Source: a virus
Taxonomy: Duplodnaviria; Caudoviricetes
Strand: one strand, 5' to 3'
Length of the DNA stretch: 64,000 nt
Virus record (IMG/VR): IMGVR_UViG_3300047319_000334
Span: 326-64,325 of that record
A program made the position numbers and the translations under genes. This document shows, one piece after another, positions 40,959 through 50,643 of this stretch (position 1 is its first letter; the number at the start of each line of letters is the position of its first letter). Under the pieces are notes generated by a model. That model saw only the letters and a list, made by a program, of their open reading frames with translations, had not been told where the DNA came from and did not search any database.

Positions 40959-41629
40959 CGGCATTAATATCCGACTACACATCGCTCATCACGTCGGAGC
41001 ACCAGTCAGCGCCCCGCTTCATGGCGATGGTATCGCTGCTCGCTCAGTGGGGCGTCGATCGTCGCAATCTGCTGGCGTCGATTCCAGAGCTTTACGACAT
41101 CGATACGGCAGTCGGCCAGCAGCTTGACCGGATCGGAGAATGGGTTGGCGTCTCGCGCAACCTGTCGCTGCCGCTGACTGGAGTCTATTTTAGTCTCGAC
41201 ACGACAGGCCTGGGCTTCGATCAAGGTACATGGCTCGGGCCATTCGATCCGACAACAGGACTGGTGGCGCTGCCGGATGATCAATTCCGGATTCTGCTGT
41301 ACGCGACGATCGCAGCGAACAATTGGGATGGAACCGTCCCGAGCGCCTATGACGCGTGGAACACGATTTTCGCGCCGCTCGGTTATTCGGTTCTGATTGC
41401 TGACAACCAGGATATGACGATGAACGTCGTTCTGGTGGGGCCAAGCCCGGATGCTGTGACGCTGGCGCTGTTCACCGGCGGCTATCTCAACCTCCGGCCC
41501 GCTGGCGTGGGAATCACGAATTACTATTTGCCCAGCGTTCCGGACTCTCCTGTATTCGGCCTAGACGTCGAAAATTCGGCAATAGCCGGTTTCGATATAG
41601 GGGCATGGGTAACGCCGCTCCCGCACTAA
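40955..41629 (+). CDS. Baseplate protein (DUF2612 type)
   Basis: LITSEH, DTAVGQQLDRIGEWVG. Confidence 0.85.
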   Translation: MTALISDYTSLITSEHQSAPRFMAMVSLLAQWGVDRRNLLASIPELYDIDTAVGQQLDRIGEWVGVSRNLSLPLTGVYFSLDTTGLGFDQGTWLGPFDPTTGLVALPDDQFRILLYATIAANNWDGTVPSAYDAWNTIFAPLGYSVLIADNQDMTMNVVLVGPSPDAVTLALFTGGYLNLRPAGVGITNYYLPSVPDSPVFGLDVENSAIAGFDIGAWVTPLPH

Positions 41630-41687
41630 TCACTCACCATCACAAGATAAGCCGCCTCTGTGCGGCTTTTTGCTTCGTGGAGCCCAA

Positions 41688-42683
41688 ATGTCCAATGATT
41701 TTATCCCGTTCGCAGTAGGCGGCAGCGCGAACGTTACGCCCCAAGCTACATACGCTGCGAACACAACGCTGACGCAGAACGGGTTTGTGGCTGGCATCGC
41801 CAAATCCACCGATTTGAACAAGGTATGGCGCCAATCGTCGATCATGTCGGCAGTTCTGGCTCAGTTCATCACCAACACGACCGGCCAGAACTCGGTAGAT
41901 GACGGCACGACGGCGACGCTGTTGTCCAACCTGATTGCTGCCGTCAGCGCTCAATCTGAATCGGTTATTGGTGGCGTCCGCAACCTCGCAATGAGCGTCG
42001 TGACGGCGTCGGCAACGGCAACGATGACGGCAGATGAAATCATCGTCGGTTCTGCGCTTGGAGGCCTGAAATACACTCTCGCCAGCTTCAGCAAGACCAT
42101 CAATCTCGCGACGACTGGTGCGGGCGGGATGGACACTGGTACGGCGCCGGTGTCCGGCTATGTCGCGCTGTACGCGATCTACAACCCGACGACTGGTGTT
42201 AGCGCACTGCTGGCAACGAATACGACGAGCGCGGTTGCGCCGAATGTGTACGGCGGCGCAAATATGCCTAGCGGGTACACGGCGTCGGGGCTTGTGGCTG
42301 TCGTCCCCACCAATGCGAGTAGCCAATTCCCGATTTGCTATGTGCGTGATCGGCACGTCATCATTGTGCGGACAGTTGCTTATACTGCGACTACGAACCA
42401 TTCCACGATGACTGCAGTCTCGCTGTCTGCTGTGGTCCCCAAAAATGCTGTACGCGTCTGGGGTGATTCATTCTACAGTAGCTCGGTTTCGGCTGACAGC
42501 CTCTTATGGAGCGTTGGGGCTGACGCCTCGCAAGCCGGCACGACGTTCTTCCGTGCTGGCGCTAGCAACGGGCAATACCCGTATGTATCGGATATGCCGA
42601 CCATGCAGACCGTGTATATCACGAACACTGGTGTGACCGGCACCATCACCTTTAACGTGAACGTCACTGCATACGACTTCTAA
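41688..42683 (+). CDS. Tail fibre protein
   Basis: NDFIPFA..NKVWRQSS N-terminal baseplate anchor; Thr/Ser/Ala-rich beta body. Confidence 0.85.
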   Translation: MSNDFIPFAVGGSANVTPQATYAANTTLTQNGFVAGIAKSTDLNKVWRQSSIMSAVLAQFITNTTGQNSVDDGTTATLLSNLIAAVSAQSESVIGGVRNLAMSVVTASATATMTADEIIVGSALGGLKYTLASFSKTINLATTGAGGMDTGTAPVSGYVALYAIYNPTTGVSALLATNTTSAVAPNVYGGANMPSGYTASGLVAVVPTNASSQFPICYVRDRHVIIVRTVAYTATTNHSTMTAVSLSAVVPKNAVRVWGDSFYSSSVSADSLLWSVGADASQAGTTFFRAGASNGQYPYVSDMPTMQTVYITNTGVTGTITFNVNVTAYDF

Positions 42684-42693
42684 TGGCGAAACT

Positions 42694-42891
42694 ATGACGA
42701 CGCTAAATGTCCAGTTCACCGATGCAAGCGAAGAGACGATCGAATCGTACTTCGCGGGCCCTCAAGACGGATATGTATTCTCGAATCTTGGCACGGTAGA
42801 GTCGAGCGATCCGAGGTGGAAAACGTACTACGATCAAATGACCGCTGCTGGCGTCATTGGGCTGCCAGCGCCTCAATCGTCTGGTTCGTAG
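42694..42891 (+). CDS. Small tail-fibre-associated protein
   Basis: Directly after fibre; SDPRW motif. Confidence 0.6.
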   Translation: MTTLNVQFTDASEETIESYFAGPQDGYVFSNLGTVESSDPRWKTYYDQMTAAGVIGLPAPQSSGS

Positions 42892-42944
42892 GGAGATGTA
42901 AAGCCACGTCCCGCGTGGAAAGCGTGGGCGTGGCTTTGAATCGG

Positions 42945-44213
42945 TCAAAGTTTGAATTGGACTTTGACTGAGCCCGACTTCTTGTCGTTGGCAGTTTGAA
43001 ACGCAAGCGGAGCATCGGCGATCCGAAATTCATGCGTGATCAATTTTCGGAGTCGCTCGCCATTGAGTGCTAGATTCTCGATTGCCACCTCAAAATCGTG
43101 CTTGCCATCCAGGTATCCATAGCAAGTCGAGTAGAGGAACGTCAGCTCCTTCATCAGCGCCGGGTAAGCCTCGACCACTTTGATACCGGGGCCAGTCGCA
43201 CCCACTATCCCCACCCGACCGCGGGGCGCAAGAAATCTCGTCGCCTGATCGATGGTCGCTTGGCCGCCTCCAACGGCCTCGATCACGAAGTCTGCGCCAT
43301 GGGGGGCGACTTCTCTGATCCGATTGATCGCTGACCCGATATCGTCCGGCAGTATGTCCGTCGCTCCGATTGCCAGTGCGAGCTCGCCCTGAAAAGCATG
43401 TCGTGCAACAACGAAGACATTTGTGGCCCCGGCGTGTAGTGCAGCGGCGACTGCGCAGAGTCCGATAGTTCCGGCGCCGATAACGACCCCAGTCATTCCC
43501 GGGCGAACACCAGCCAATCGCACTCCATGAGTGCTTACAGCGAGCGGTTCGACGAAGGCCCCGAGGGCATCATCAATCGAGTCGGGTAGGTCAAACGTCG
43601 CCGAGTCTTTAACGCGCACGTATTCAGCGAAGCCACCAGATCGGAACGGAAGCGCTTTATTGACGCAATGATAGGGATGACCGCTTGTGCAGAACTGGCA
43701 CTTCCCGCACATGGCATTCAGGAACAGATCGGCAGTAACACGCTTGCCAATGCGCTCGCGCGAGACGCCTTCGCCGACCTCGACGATTGTCCCGGCAAAT
43801 TCATGGCCATGCGGAAGGTCGTGGCTGTTTGGATCCTGCCTATATGCGCGCAGGTCGGTACCGCAGATTCCGGAAGCGCCAACCTTTACGATGACGGTCC
43901 CAGGCAGAGATTCAGGCCTGTTTATCTTGGTGACCTCCAGTTGGCCGATCCCGCGATGGAGCGCGGCCTGCATCGGAGCGCCATTATCTTCGGTGGACGT
44001 AGGTGCGGATGCGGGGGCCAAATCGGAGAGTGACAGACCAGCTTCAACCAGTCGAGGAAGTCGATTCGTCCGGAATTCGTCCGAACCCATAAGACCCTTG
44101 ACGAGATCCAGCGTGTGGTAGACGTTCTCCATCCAGTACTCAGCGGCACCGGGCTCGGCCGGGCGCCCGAGCAGCAGCAAATATGCGGATTCGACGTCCT
44201 GTTTGGTAACCAT
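42945..44213 (-). CDS. Zn-dependent MDR-family dehydrogenase with DUF4214-like N-terminal domain
   Basis: GICGTD, GHEFAG, CxxCxxC..C, GAGTIG; N-terminal AYxxLLGRxAEP..YW..SDEF. Confidence 0.9.
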   Translation of the reverse strand: MVTKQDVESAYLLLLGRPAEPGAAEYWMENVYHTLDLVKGLMGSDEFRTNRLPRLVEAGLSLSDLAPASAPTSTEDNGAPMQAALHRGIGQLEVTKINRPESLPGTVIVKVGASGICGTDLRAYRQDPNSHDLPHGHEFAGTIVEVGEGVSRERIGKRVTADLFLNAMCGKCQFCTSGHPYHCVNKALPFRSGGFAEYVRVKDSATFDLPDSIDDALGAFVEPLAVSTHGVRLAGVRPGMTGVVIGAGTIGLCAVAAALHAGATNVFVVARHAFQGELALAIGATDILPDDIGSAINRIREVAPHGADFVIEAVGGGQATIDQATRFLAPRGRVGIVGATGPGIKVVEAYPALMKELTFLYSTCYGYLDGKHDFEVAIENLALNGERLRKLITHEFRIADAPLAFQTANDKKSGSVKVQFKL

Positions 44214-44293
44214 CAGAATTTCCTTGTCTCTCGGTATTTAAGCGTGCCGGCGAGTATATATGATGGCCCGGCGTTTTCTGCCCGGAGGCATGT

Positions 44294-45349
44294 TCACCAC
44301 CGATAACCCAAAGTCACCATGTGTGCCGCCCTGAAACCGAGCGGCACATTGCTGTTGCTGACGTTCTTCGACGGCGTGCTGATGTAGGTGTAGCGCACGG
44401 TCACCTTCTTGTAGGCGACTGATGCGCCGGCCACCCATGTGAGTTGTGGCTTGGGGTCATGTGCGAGTGTTTCGACGGAGCCGCGCGGCCCCCAAGGACT
44501 CGTTTCAGACATCACGGTCATCGTCGACGTCCATGTGCCTTTGAAGACTGCCGGGCCGCCCTCGACGCTAAACCGCCAGTTCCCGACCTCGTAGTAAGGC
44601 TCGATGGTTAGCGCAATGGCCTGGAGCGAACCACCCGTGTCGAAGTAACGCATCGGGCCGCATGTGCCGTTGCATGCCTGCTTCTGCGGGTTGTAACCGC
44701 CGACACCATCAGTGTAGTCCGAGGCATCTGGCACGGCATCGCCCTGGATCTTGGCTGTGCCGAAGTACATGTACGAGAGGTTCAAATCGACGCCGGGCAG
44801 CCACGAGCCGCGAGTATATGGGAGCGCGGTCAAGCCAACGCCGATGCGGCCCGCAGGAACACGGAGCTTGAGGTGATGGCTGAAGCCCTGCTGGTAGTAC
44901 ATTCCATCGCCCATCGCTGTAAAGTTCGTGGCGCCAAGGCCCGCTTCAGCATGGAAAAACGACTCAGCGTGCGCGCCGGCCGCGGCGCAGCCGAGCGTCA
45001 TAGCTACGGCTGCGGCTCTCCATCCTGCTCCGGGGCAGGATCGGCGTTGGGGTCTAGCACCGCTCCGGCCTCTCGCATCGCGTCGTACACGGTCTCGATG
45101 TCTTTCTGCTTGAGCACGCGGTGCGCCATAGCCCAGAACAGCATGTGCATGCTCACCACACGAGGCTTCTTCCCGCCCGTGTATTTCCGATACTGTTTGT
45201 CGCTGGACACGCCCAGCAGCTTTGCCATCTGGGCACCGGTAAAGCCGAGCACCTTCTGAAGGCGCGCCAAGTCTTCGGTCGTGAGAGCCTTGTAGAGCAT
45301 GAAGGGTTCGTCCAATTGTGCGCGCGGCGGCACGAAAAGAGTATTTCAT
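44294..45349 (-). CDS. Outer-membrane beta-barrel protein; start uncertain (45349 or 45001)
   Basis: AHA signal cleavage site, alternating beta strands, C-terminal LGYRW; strong RBS only at 45349. Confidence 0.7.
   Translation of the reverse strand: MKYSFRAAARTIGRTLHALQGSHDRRLGAPSEGARLYRCPDGKAAGRVQRQTVSEIHGREEASCGEHAHAVLGYGAPRAQAERHRDRVRRDARGRSGARPQRRSCPGAGWRAAAVAMTLGCAAAGAHAESFFHAEAGLGATNFTAMGDGMYYQQGFSHHLKLRVPAGRIGVGLTALPYTRGSWLPGVDLNLSYMYFGTAKIQGDAVPDASDYTDGVGGYNPQKQACNGTCGPMRYFDTGGSLQAIALTIEPYYEVGNWRFSVEGGPAVFKGTWTSTMTVMSETSPWGPRGSVETLAHDPKPQLTWVAGASVAYKKVTVRYTYISTPSKNVSNSNVPLGFRAAHMVTLGYRW
45004..45300 (-). CDS. XRE-like HTH regulator nested in the OM-protein frame
   Basis: LGFTGAQMAKLLGVSS..YRKYTGG helix-turn-helix. 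Confidence 0.75.
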   Translation of the reverse strand: MLYKALTTEDLARLQKVLGFTGAQMAKLLGVSSDKQYRKYTGGKKPRVVSMHMLFWAMAHRVLKQKDIETVYDAMREAGAVLDPNADPAPEQDGEPQP

Positions 45350-45515
45350 GATTCTTCCTTTCGGAGATGACGGGTTGCCGGAAAGGCCTCCCTGTGTTGA
45401 AAATATTAGCCCCATTGGGGTTGAAAAAGCAAGGGGAATTTCATGTGTTGTCTAGGCCGCATACTGTTACATACTCATGCTTGACGGTAGTAATGCGGCG
45501 CACTAGCATTCCTAC

Positions 45516-45794
45516 ATGATCCAAACCTTCCGATGCCCCGACACCGCCGCGCTATTTGCCGGACAGCGCGTCGCCAGGTTCGTGAACTTTGAAAAAGTCG
45601 CGATGCGGAAGCTTGCCATGTTGCACCGGGCACAAACGCTGCATGATCTGCGCGTTCCGCCCAATAACCAACTGGAAGCGCTCAAGCGCGACCGTGCTGG
45701 GCAACATAGCATCCGGATCAACGATCAATATCGAGTGTGCTTCCGGTTCGATCAAGGAAGTGCATTCGACGTTGAGATCGTCGACTATCACTAG
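45516..45794 (+). CDS. higB: HigB toxin (RelE/ParE family)
   Basis: DLRVPPNNQLEAL..RAGQHSIRINDQYRVCF..EIVDYH. Confidence 0.95.
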   Translation: MIQTFRCPDTAALFAGQRVARFVNFEKVAMRKLAMLHRAQTLHDLRVPPNNQLEALKRDRAGQHSIRINDQYRVCFRFDQGSAFDVEIVDYH

Positions 45795-45806
45795 GAGGTG
45801 CCGCTT

Positions 45807-46109
45807 ATGCCACGTGAAATCCCCTACCCCCATCCGGGGGAAATCCTGTCGGAGGAATTCTTGACTCCGATGGGTATCAGTGCGTACCGGCTCGCCAAAG
45901 ATATTCGTGTTGACCAAACGCGCATCAGTGACATCATCGCTGGCCATCGCGCCATCACCGTGGATACTGGTTTGCGCTTGTCCCGCTACTTCGGAACCAA
46001 TGACGAATTCTGGACGGGCCTGCAACTCGACTACGAAACAGCCGTGCACAAGGCCGAGATAGAGAGGCAACTTGAAGCGATACCGCGCTTCGAACCGGAA
46101 GCCGCCTGA
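45807..46109 (+). CDS. higA: HigA antitoxin
   Basis: HPGEILSEEFL, ITVDTGLRLSRYFG..FWTGLQ. Confidence 0.95.
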   Translation: MPREIPYPHPGEILSEEFLTPMGISAYRLAKDIRVDQTRISDIIAGHRAITVDTGLRLSRYFGTNDEFWTGLQLDYETAVHKAEIERQLEAIPRFEPEAA

Positions 46110-46130
46110 TACCTTCAAAGCATCAAAACT

Positions 46131-46199
46131 AAACCGCCCGACGAGGCGGTTTTTTTACGTCCAGACCAAACCCAAGGCCGCCCACTGAGGCGGCTTTTT
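46131..46199 (+). terminator. Two tandem intrinsic terminators
   Basis: AAACCGCC..GGCGGTTTTTT and GCCGCC..GGCGGCTTTTT. Confidence 0.75.
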
Positions 46200-46219
46200 C
46201 CATTTCCGGGGCCACTCCT

Positions 46220-46522
46220 TTGAACCATCCACACCCGCACGGCGATGACCGTATCACCGCCCTGGAGCAACGCATGAGCACGATCGAGCAACAGATCTTT
46301 GACTGGCGTGGCGAGCTATCAGCAAACACTGAGGCGACGTTACGCGTCGAGTTGAACACTCAGGAGTTGGTCGAACTGCTGAAGCTTGCCAAGGGTGGGA
46401 TTGGATTCTTCACAGCGACTGGTCGCGTCATGCGGAAACTCGTGGTTTGGTTCGGGCCTTTCCTGACGGTGGCGGGCGCCATCTGGGCGCTGGCACATGG
46501 AAAGTTTCCGGGGCAAGGATGA
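46220..46522 (+). CDS. Holin/antiholin candidate
   Basis: Coiled coil plus C-terminal TM; overlaps the endolysin start. Confidence 0.6.
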   Translation: MNHPHPHGDDRITALEQRMSTIEQQIFDWRGELSANTEATLRVELNTQELVELLKLAKGGIGFFTATGRVMRKLVVWFGPFLTVAGAIWALAHGKFPGQG

Positions 46523-46965
46523 ACACCACACTTCTCGAGGCCGAACTGCGCCGCGATGAAGGCGTGCGCTACTGGCCATACAAGGACACAAAAGGCATTC
46601 AGACAACTGGCGTCGGCCACAACCTGCAAGCCAAGCCTTTGCCGTCGAACTGGGCCTACCCGCTGACGCCAGCACAGGTCACCCAACTGCTCGAGCAAGA
46701 CATCGCCGACACGTTCGCCAATCTGGATCGCAACCTTCCTTGGTGGCGCCAGCTTGACGACGTTCGTCAACGCGTCGTCGCGAACATGTGCTTTAACCTC
46801 GGTATCGGCAAGTTACTCGGCTTCAAGAACACGCTTGCGGCCATGCAACGCGGTTCGTATGCCATCGCTGCGGCGGGTATGAAGGCCAGTGATTGGCATG
46901 GCCAAGTGGGCGCTCGAGCGGTGCGCCTGTGCTCCGCCATGGAAACCGGCGTCATGCCCGCGTAA
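46519..46965 (+). CDS. Endolysin, T4-lysozyme-like (GH24)
   Basis: DEG..YKDTKGIQTTGVGH catalytic E-D-T motif; NMCFNLG. Confidence 0.92.
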   Translation: MNTTLLEAELRRDEGVRYWPYKDTKGIQTTGVGHNLQAKPLPSNWAYPLTPAQVTQLLEQDIADTFANLDRNLPWWRQLDDVRQRVVANMCFNLGIGKLLGFKNTLAAMQRGSYAIAAAGMKASDWHGQVGARAVRLCSAMETGVMPA

Positions 46966-47058
46966 ATATCTGTCAAACGAATAAACGTCAAATATTCGTC
47001 TCACGCATAAAACTCATAAGGCCCGCCTAGTGCGGGCGTTTTCGTTTCTGGAGCCCGA

Positions 47059-47472
47059 ATGGCATCGAACCTGAAGTACTCGGCTGCACTGAAGACCTCG
47101 CAACAGGCGGCGATCAGCACCGCCGCCGGCACGTCGGCGATCCTCACCTTGTACAGCGGCACGCAGCCCGCGTCGCCCGACACGGCGGTAACGTCGCAGG
47201 TTGCGCTTTCGACCCATACGTGTGCCGCGACATTCGGTGCTGCGTCCGCGGGTGTGCTTACCGTTGGCGCCATCGCAAACGGCACTGGCACGGCCGGCGC
47301 GGGCGCCGGAACCGCAGCCACCTGGTATCGGCTTACGACCTCGGGCGGCACGGCTCTGATTGACGGCAGTGTTGGCACCTCTGGCGCCGACCTCAACCTA
47401 ACTGGCTCGACGTCCATTGCAACAGGACAGACGGTATCCATCACGTCGTGGACGCTGACGAACGGCAACTAA
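47059..47472 (+). CDS. Virion fibre-module protein
   Basis: YSGTQPASPD, TAATWYR, DGSVGTSGADL; Ala/Thr/Gly rich. Confidence 0.7.
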   Translation: MASNLKYSAALKTSQQAAISTAAGTSAILTLYSGTQPASPDTAVTSQVALSTHTCAATFGAASAGVLTVGAIANGTGTAGAGAGTAATWYRLTTSGGTALIDGSVGTSGADLNLTGSTSIATGQTVSITSWTLTNGN

Positions 47473-47492
47473 GGCAGTAACCGGGGGCGAAC

Positions 47493-48935
47493 ATGGGAAG
47501 CCTATCCGGCTCCACTGCTGTAAATTCATCCGCCGTCAATCTCAGTTCGCCAGTACAAACCGACTGGATTCAGTTTCCGCAGAGCGCAACAAGTCCGAAC
47601 CGAAAGAGCGGCGGCGGTTCGACCATCTCTTTGCCTACCGCTATCGGCACGGGCGTTACGCTTGGCGGATACGGACCAGACGTACGCAGCATCACGTGGA
47701 CAGATGGCACGCCGACGGCCAGCGCTACTAGCGGGGATGGCATCTTTGCGCCTGCGTCAGGTTCGGCGGTTGTCGGTAATGGCTTTCAGTTCACCGTTCC
47801 TGCAGATACCACGACACGCACAGTTGTTATTGCGTGGGGAATGTATGGCGGAGACACTGGGGCGAACACTGCTGCGGCGAAACTGGTCGCCACACTGTCA
47901 GACGGCAGCGCTACTGCGGTTACGCACACGCCGGCCGGTGTCGTTGCTGGCGCATCTACCGACTATCTAACGACGCTCACGTACAGCGCGAACAGCGCGA
48001 GCCAAACGCTCACTCTTGCGGTCACGCTGACGACAGTCAATGCTGGCGCCGGGAATTTCTGCAACATCACGTTGCAGACGGCCAAGTATCTCGCGAGCTC
48101 CAGTCCGGTTACTGGCTCAGGCGCATCGACACAAGGGCCCAACGTCTCGTCTGCTGCCGGCGCAATCTCACTTTCGGGATCGTCGGCAAGTATGCAGGCC
48201 GTCAATGCCTCGTCTGCTTCAGGCGCCATCCGCGTAACTGGTGCGGCTGCATCGACCCAAGCCACGAATACCAGCGTTGCCGTCGGGAAGGTCGTTGTAG
48301 GCGGTGCCGCGGCGTCGAATCAGGCGCCTAACACTGCCAGCGCTGCTGGCTCTGTTCGCGTTTCCGGATCGGGCTCGTCCACGCAGTCGCTGAATGTATC
48401 GGCTGCCTCCGGCTCGGTTGCAGTCGCCGGCGCAGCATCAAGCACCCAGGCGCAGAACGTCTCAAACGCTTCAGGCGCGATCGGCAACGTCGTTCAGGGG
48501 AGTGCCGCCAGTACCCAAGCGCCGAACGTTTCTGCGGCATCGGGCAGCATCGCTGTGTCGGGTGCCGGCGCTTCGATGCAGAGCAAGAATGCCTCGCTGT
48601 CTGTGGGCTTGGTTGCTGTCTCCGGCTCGGCTGCATCGGTTCAGGCGGCCAACTCCACCTCGGCTAGTGGCGCTGTTCTTGTGTCGGGCGCCGCGGCGAG
48701 TGTGCAGCAGCCCAATGCGGCCAACGCTACTGGTGAAATCATTCTCGAGCCGATAGTCGGCTCGGCAGCCAGCACTCAGCAGCCCAACGTCTGCGTTGCG
48801 ACCGGCGTCATCACCTCAGCCGACGTCAACCCGGCTATCTACCACGTCTACGCAGAGAACCGCCTATTTACGGTCGCTGGCGAGACGCGGACATACGTTG
48901 TGCTGCCTGAAACGCGAGTGTTCAAAGTCGGATAA
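47493..48935 (+). CDS. Fibre-like protein with eleven ~21-aa repeats
   Basis: GxxASxQxxNxxxAxG repeats at about 48111-48811. Confidence 0.8.
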   Translation: MGSLSGSTAVNSSAVNLSSPVQTDWIQFPQSATSPNRKSGGGSTISLPTAIGTGVTLGGYGPDVRSITWTDGTPTASATSGDGIFAPASGSAVVGNGFQFTVPADTTTRTVVIAWGMYGGDTGANTAAAKLVATLSDGSATAVTHTPAGVVAGASTDYLTTLTYSANSASQTLTLAVTLTTVNAGAGNFCNITLQTAKYLASSSPVTGSGASTQGPNVSSAAGAISLSGSSASMQAVNASSASGAIRVTGAAASTQATNTSVAVGKVVVGGAAASNQAPNTASAAGSVRVSGSGSSTQSLNVSAASGSVAVAGAASSTQAQNVSNASGAIGNVVQGSAASTQAPNVSAASGSIAVSGAGASMQSKNASLSVGLVAVSGSAASVQAANSTSASGAVLVSGAAASVQQPNAANATGEIILEPIVGSAASTQQPNVCVATGVITSADVNPAIYHVYAENRLFTVAGETRTYVVLPETRVFKVG

Positions 48936-48960
48936 CAGGCCACATGGCCAGGAACTCACT

Positions 48961-49245
48961 ATGGTTGGCCTTCCAAACAATCGTATCTCGCCGAAAGACC
49001 CGATAGCGAACCTTCCCTATGCATTCGAATGGGCGGCTGAGTTGGCGCCAGGCGCAACGCTAGTCACTGCAACGATCACCGTTCCGACCGGCATCACGCT
49101 ATCTCAAGCTGGCGTCATCGAAGGAACGCAAGTCGTGTTCTGGCTGTTGGGTGGGACTACCGGCGTTGCCTACGAAATCGCATGCGTCATCACTGATAGC
49201 ACTGGCGCCACGAATCGAAAGTGGTTCCTGCTTCAGGTCACCTGA
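48961..49245 (+). CDS. Fibre adaptor protein
   Basis: KDP....Y.F.W and WLxGG..G..Y...C motifs; AGGA RBS. Confidence 0.7.
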   Translation: MVGLPNNRISPKDPIANLPYAFEWAAELAPGATLVTATITVPTGITLSQAGVIEGTQVVFWLLGGTTGVAYEIACVITDSTGATNRKWFLLQVT

Positions 49246-49295
49246 TCCCGTCACACTTCTTATGAGGCCCGCGTTTGCGGGCTTTTTTTATGCCT

Positions 49296-49727
49296 ATGAA
49301 AATCGCACACGAACATGAGCAGAAGCAAACGCTGACGTTCTCGATCTTCTATCCGGACCATCCGCCCCGCACCGAGTCAGCATTGTTCCGCAAGACAAAG
49401 CATCACCTTGTGGCTGTGATTGACACGCCTTGCTGGGTTTGCGGGACGAAGGAAAAACGCGAGGTACACCACTGGCACGCCGAGTGGGCGGATAGCGACG
49501 GCATTGACTGGGACAAGATGCGCACGCTGCATCCTGACTTCGACTGGACGACCTTCAAGGAGCCGTCCGACTTCATCGACAGTGAATACAACATGCGGAT
49601 TCTCTGCGAGAAGCATCACCGCGGCATTAATCACGGCATTCACATGATTCCATTGCCCGTTTGGGAAATGCAGCGCATCAAGCGAGACGATTTCATCTTT
49701 AGCGAAGACGAACAGGAGCAAGCATGA
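49296..49727 (+). CDS. HNH-fold-like protein
   Basis: CWVCG..EVHH..N..LCEKHH..GIH. Confidence 0.65.
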   Translation: MKIAHEHEQKQTLTFSIFYPDHPPRTESALFRKTKHHLVAVIDTPCWVCGTKEKREVHHWHAEWADSDGIDWDKMRTLHPDFDWTTFKEPSDFIDSEYNMRILCEKHHRGINHGIHMIPLPVWEMQRIKRDDFIFSEDEQEQA

Positions 49728-49906
49728 ACACTTATCTAAAAGTCGGCTGTTATGCGGGCCTTATGGCTGCGTGGGGCGTTTTCGCCTTCTTCGGAAAGAC
49801 GCCGGTTGACGGATTCATCAACGCGATCGGCAGCGCTCTGTCGGTGCTTGGCGCCGTGCACGTGATCGGATCGAAGAACGCTGCAGCAACGCCGCCCGCG
49901 CAATGA
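49724..49906 (+). CDS. Small two-TM membrane protein
   Basis: Two hydrophobic segments; ATGA coupling. Confidence 0.65.
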   Translation: MNTYLKVGCYAGLMAAWGVFAFFGKTPVDGFINAIGSALSVLGAVHVIGSKNAAATPPAQ

Positions 49907-50211
49907 AGGCCGCCGCGCTACTGCTGGCCCTATCGCTCACCGGCTGCGCTGGCACTGCCGTCTACGACGTCCATCCGTACGTCGATGCGCCGACGGGACA
50001 GGTCTTGTGCTGCGAGGCTCGGGTGTTATCCCGGCGTGACATCGGCAATGTCAACGTGCACGTGTCGAAAGTGGGCAATGACTACGTGATCGACTTTTCT
50101 GAATCTGCAGTTGTCGCTACTGCCCCCATCGCCGCCGAAAGTGCCACGGTTTCTGCCGTCGCTGGCGCTGTCACTCAAACGGCCATTTCGGCCGCCCAAA
50201 TCCTAAAGTAA
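49903..50211 (+). CDS. Lipoprotein
   Basis: Lipobox LTGC. Confidence 0.75.
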   Translation: MKAAALLLALSLTGCAGTAVYDVHPYVDAPTGQVLCCEARVLSRRDIGNVNVHVSKVGNDYVIDFSESAVVATAPIAAESATVSAVAGAVTQTAISAAQILK

Positions 50212-50220
50212 GGAATCGTC

Positions 50221-50643
50221 ATGCGTAAATTTATGCTGCTTGCGGCAGGCCTTGTCGCGCTCATTTCCGGCTGCGCTACCACTGGCATAGTTCAAACTCC
50301 AGCGCAGGTCGCCGCTCAGGTTTGCCCGCCAACCCAAACTGCCATCGCATCGTTGCAAGCCGTTGTCGGCCTGAGCGATGACGCAAAGGCCAAACTTGCC
50401 GAAGCCGCCCCGGTCGTCGCCGCCGTCTGCTCGGCAGGCTCCAGCGTCAATGTCGCTGACTTGAAATCTCTCGGTTCGACTGCGCTGCCGGCTGTTATGG
50501 CCGTCGTCAACGCATCGCCGCTTTCGGACCAGGATAAGACGAAGATCGGCATTGACCTCACGGTTGCTCAAATCGTTCTATCGAGCGTCATCGCTGCGCT
50601 GCCGGCTACCGTGGAACCAGCATCGGCGGCGAGCGGCGTATGA
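50221..50643 (+). CDS. Lipoprotein with hydrophobic C-terminus
   Basis: Lipobox ISGC; AAGGA RBS. Confidence 0.75.
   Translation: MRKFMLLAAGLVALISGCATTGIVQTPAQVAAQVCPPTQTAIASLQAVVGLSDDAKAKLAEAAPVVAAVCSAGSSVNVADLKSLGSTALPAVMAVVNASPLSDQDKTKIGIDLTVAQIVLSSVIAALPATVEPASAASGV

Noticed and set aside
48111-48811. CRISPR-like or DNA-level repeat array
   Set aside because: Repeats are degenerate in DNA and conserved only as a 21-aa protein motif
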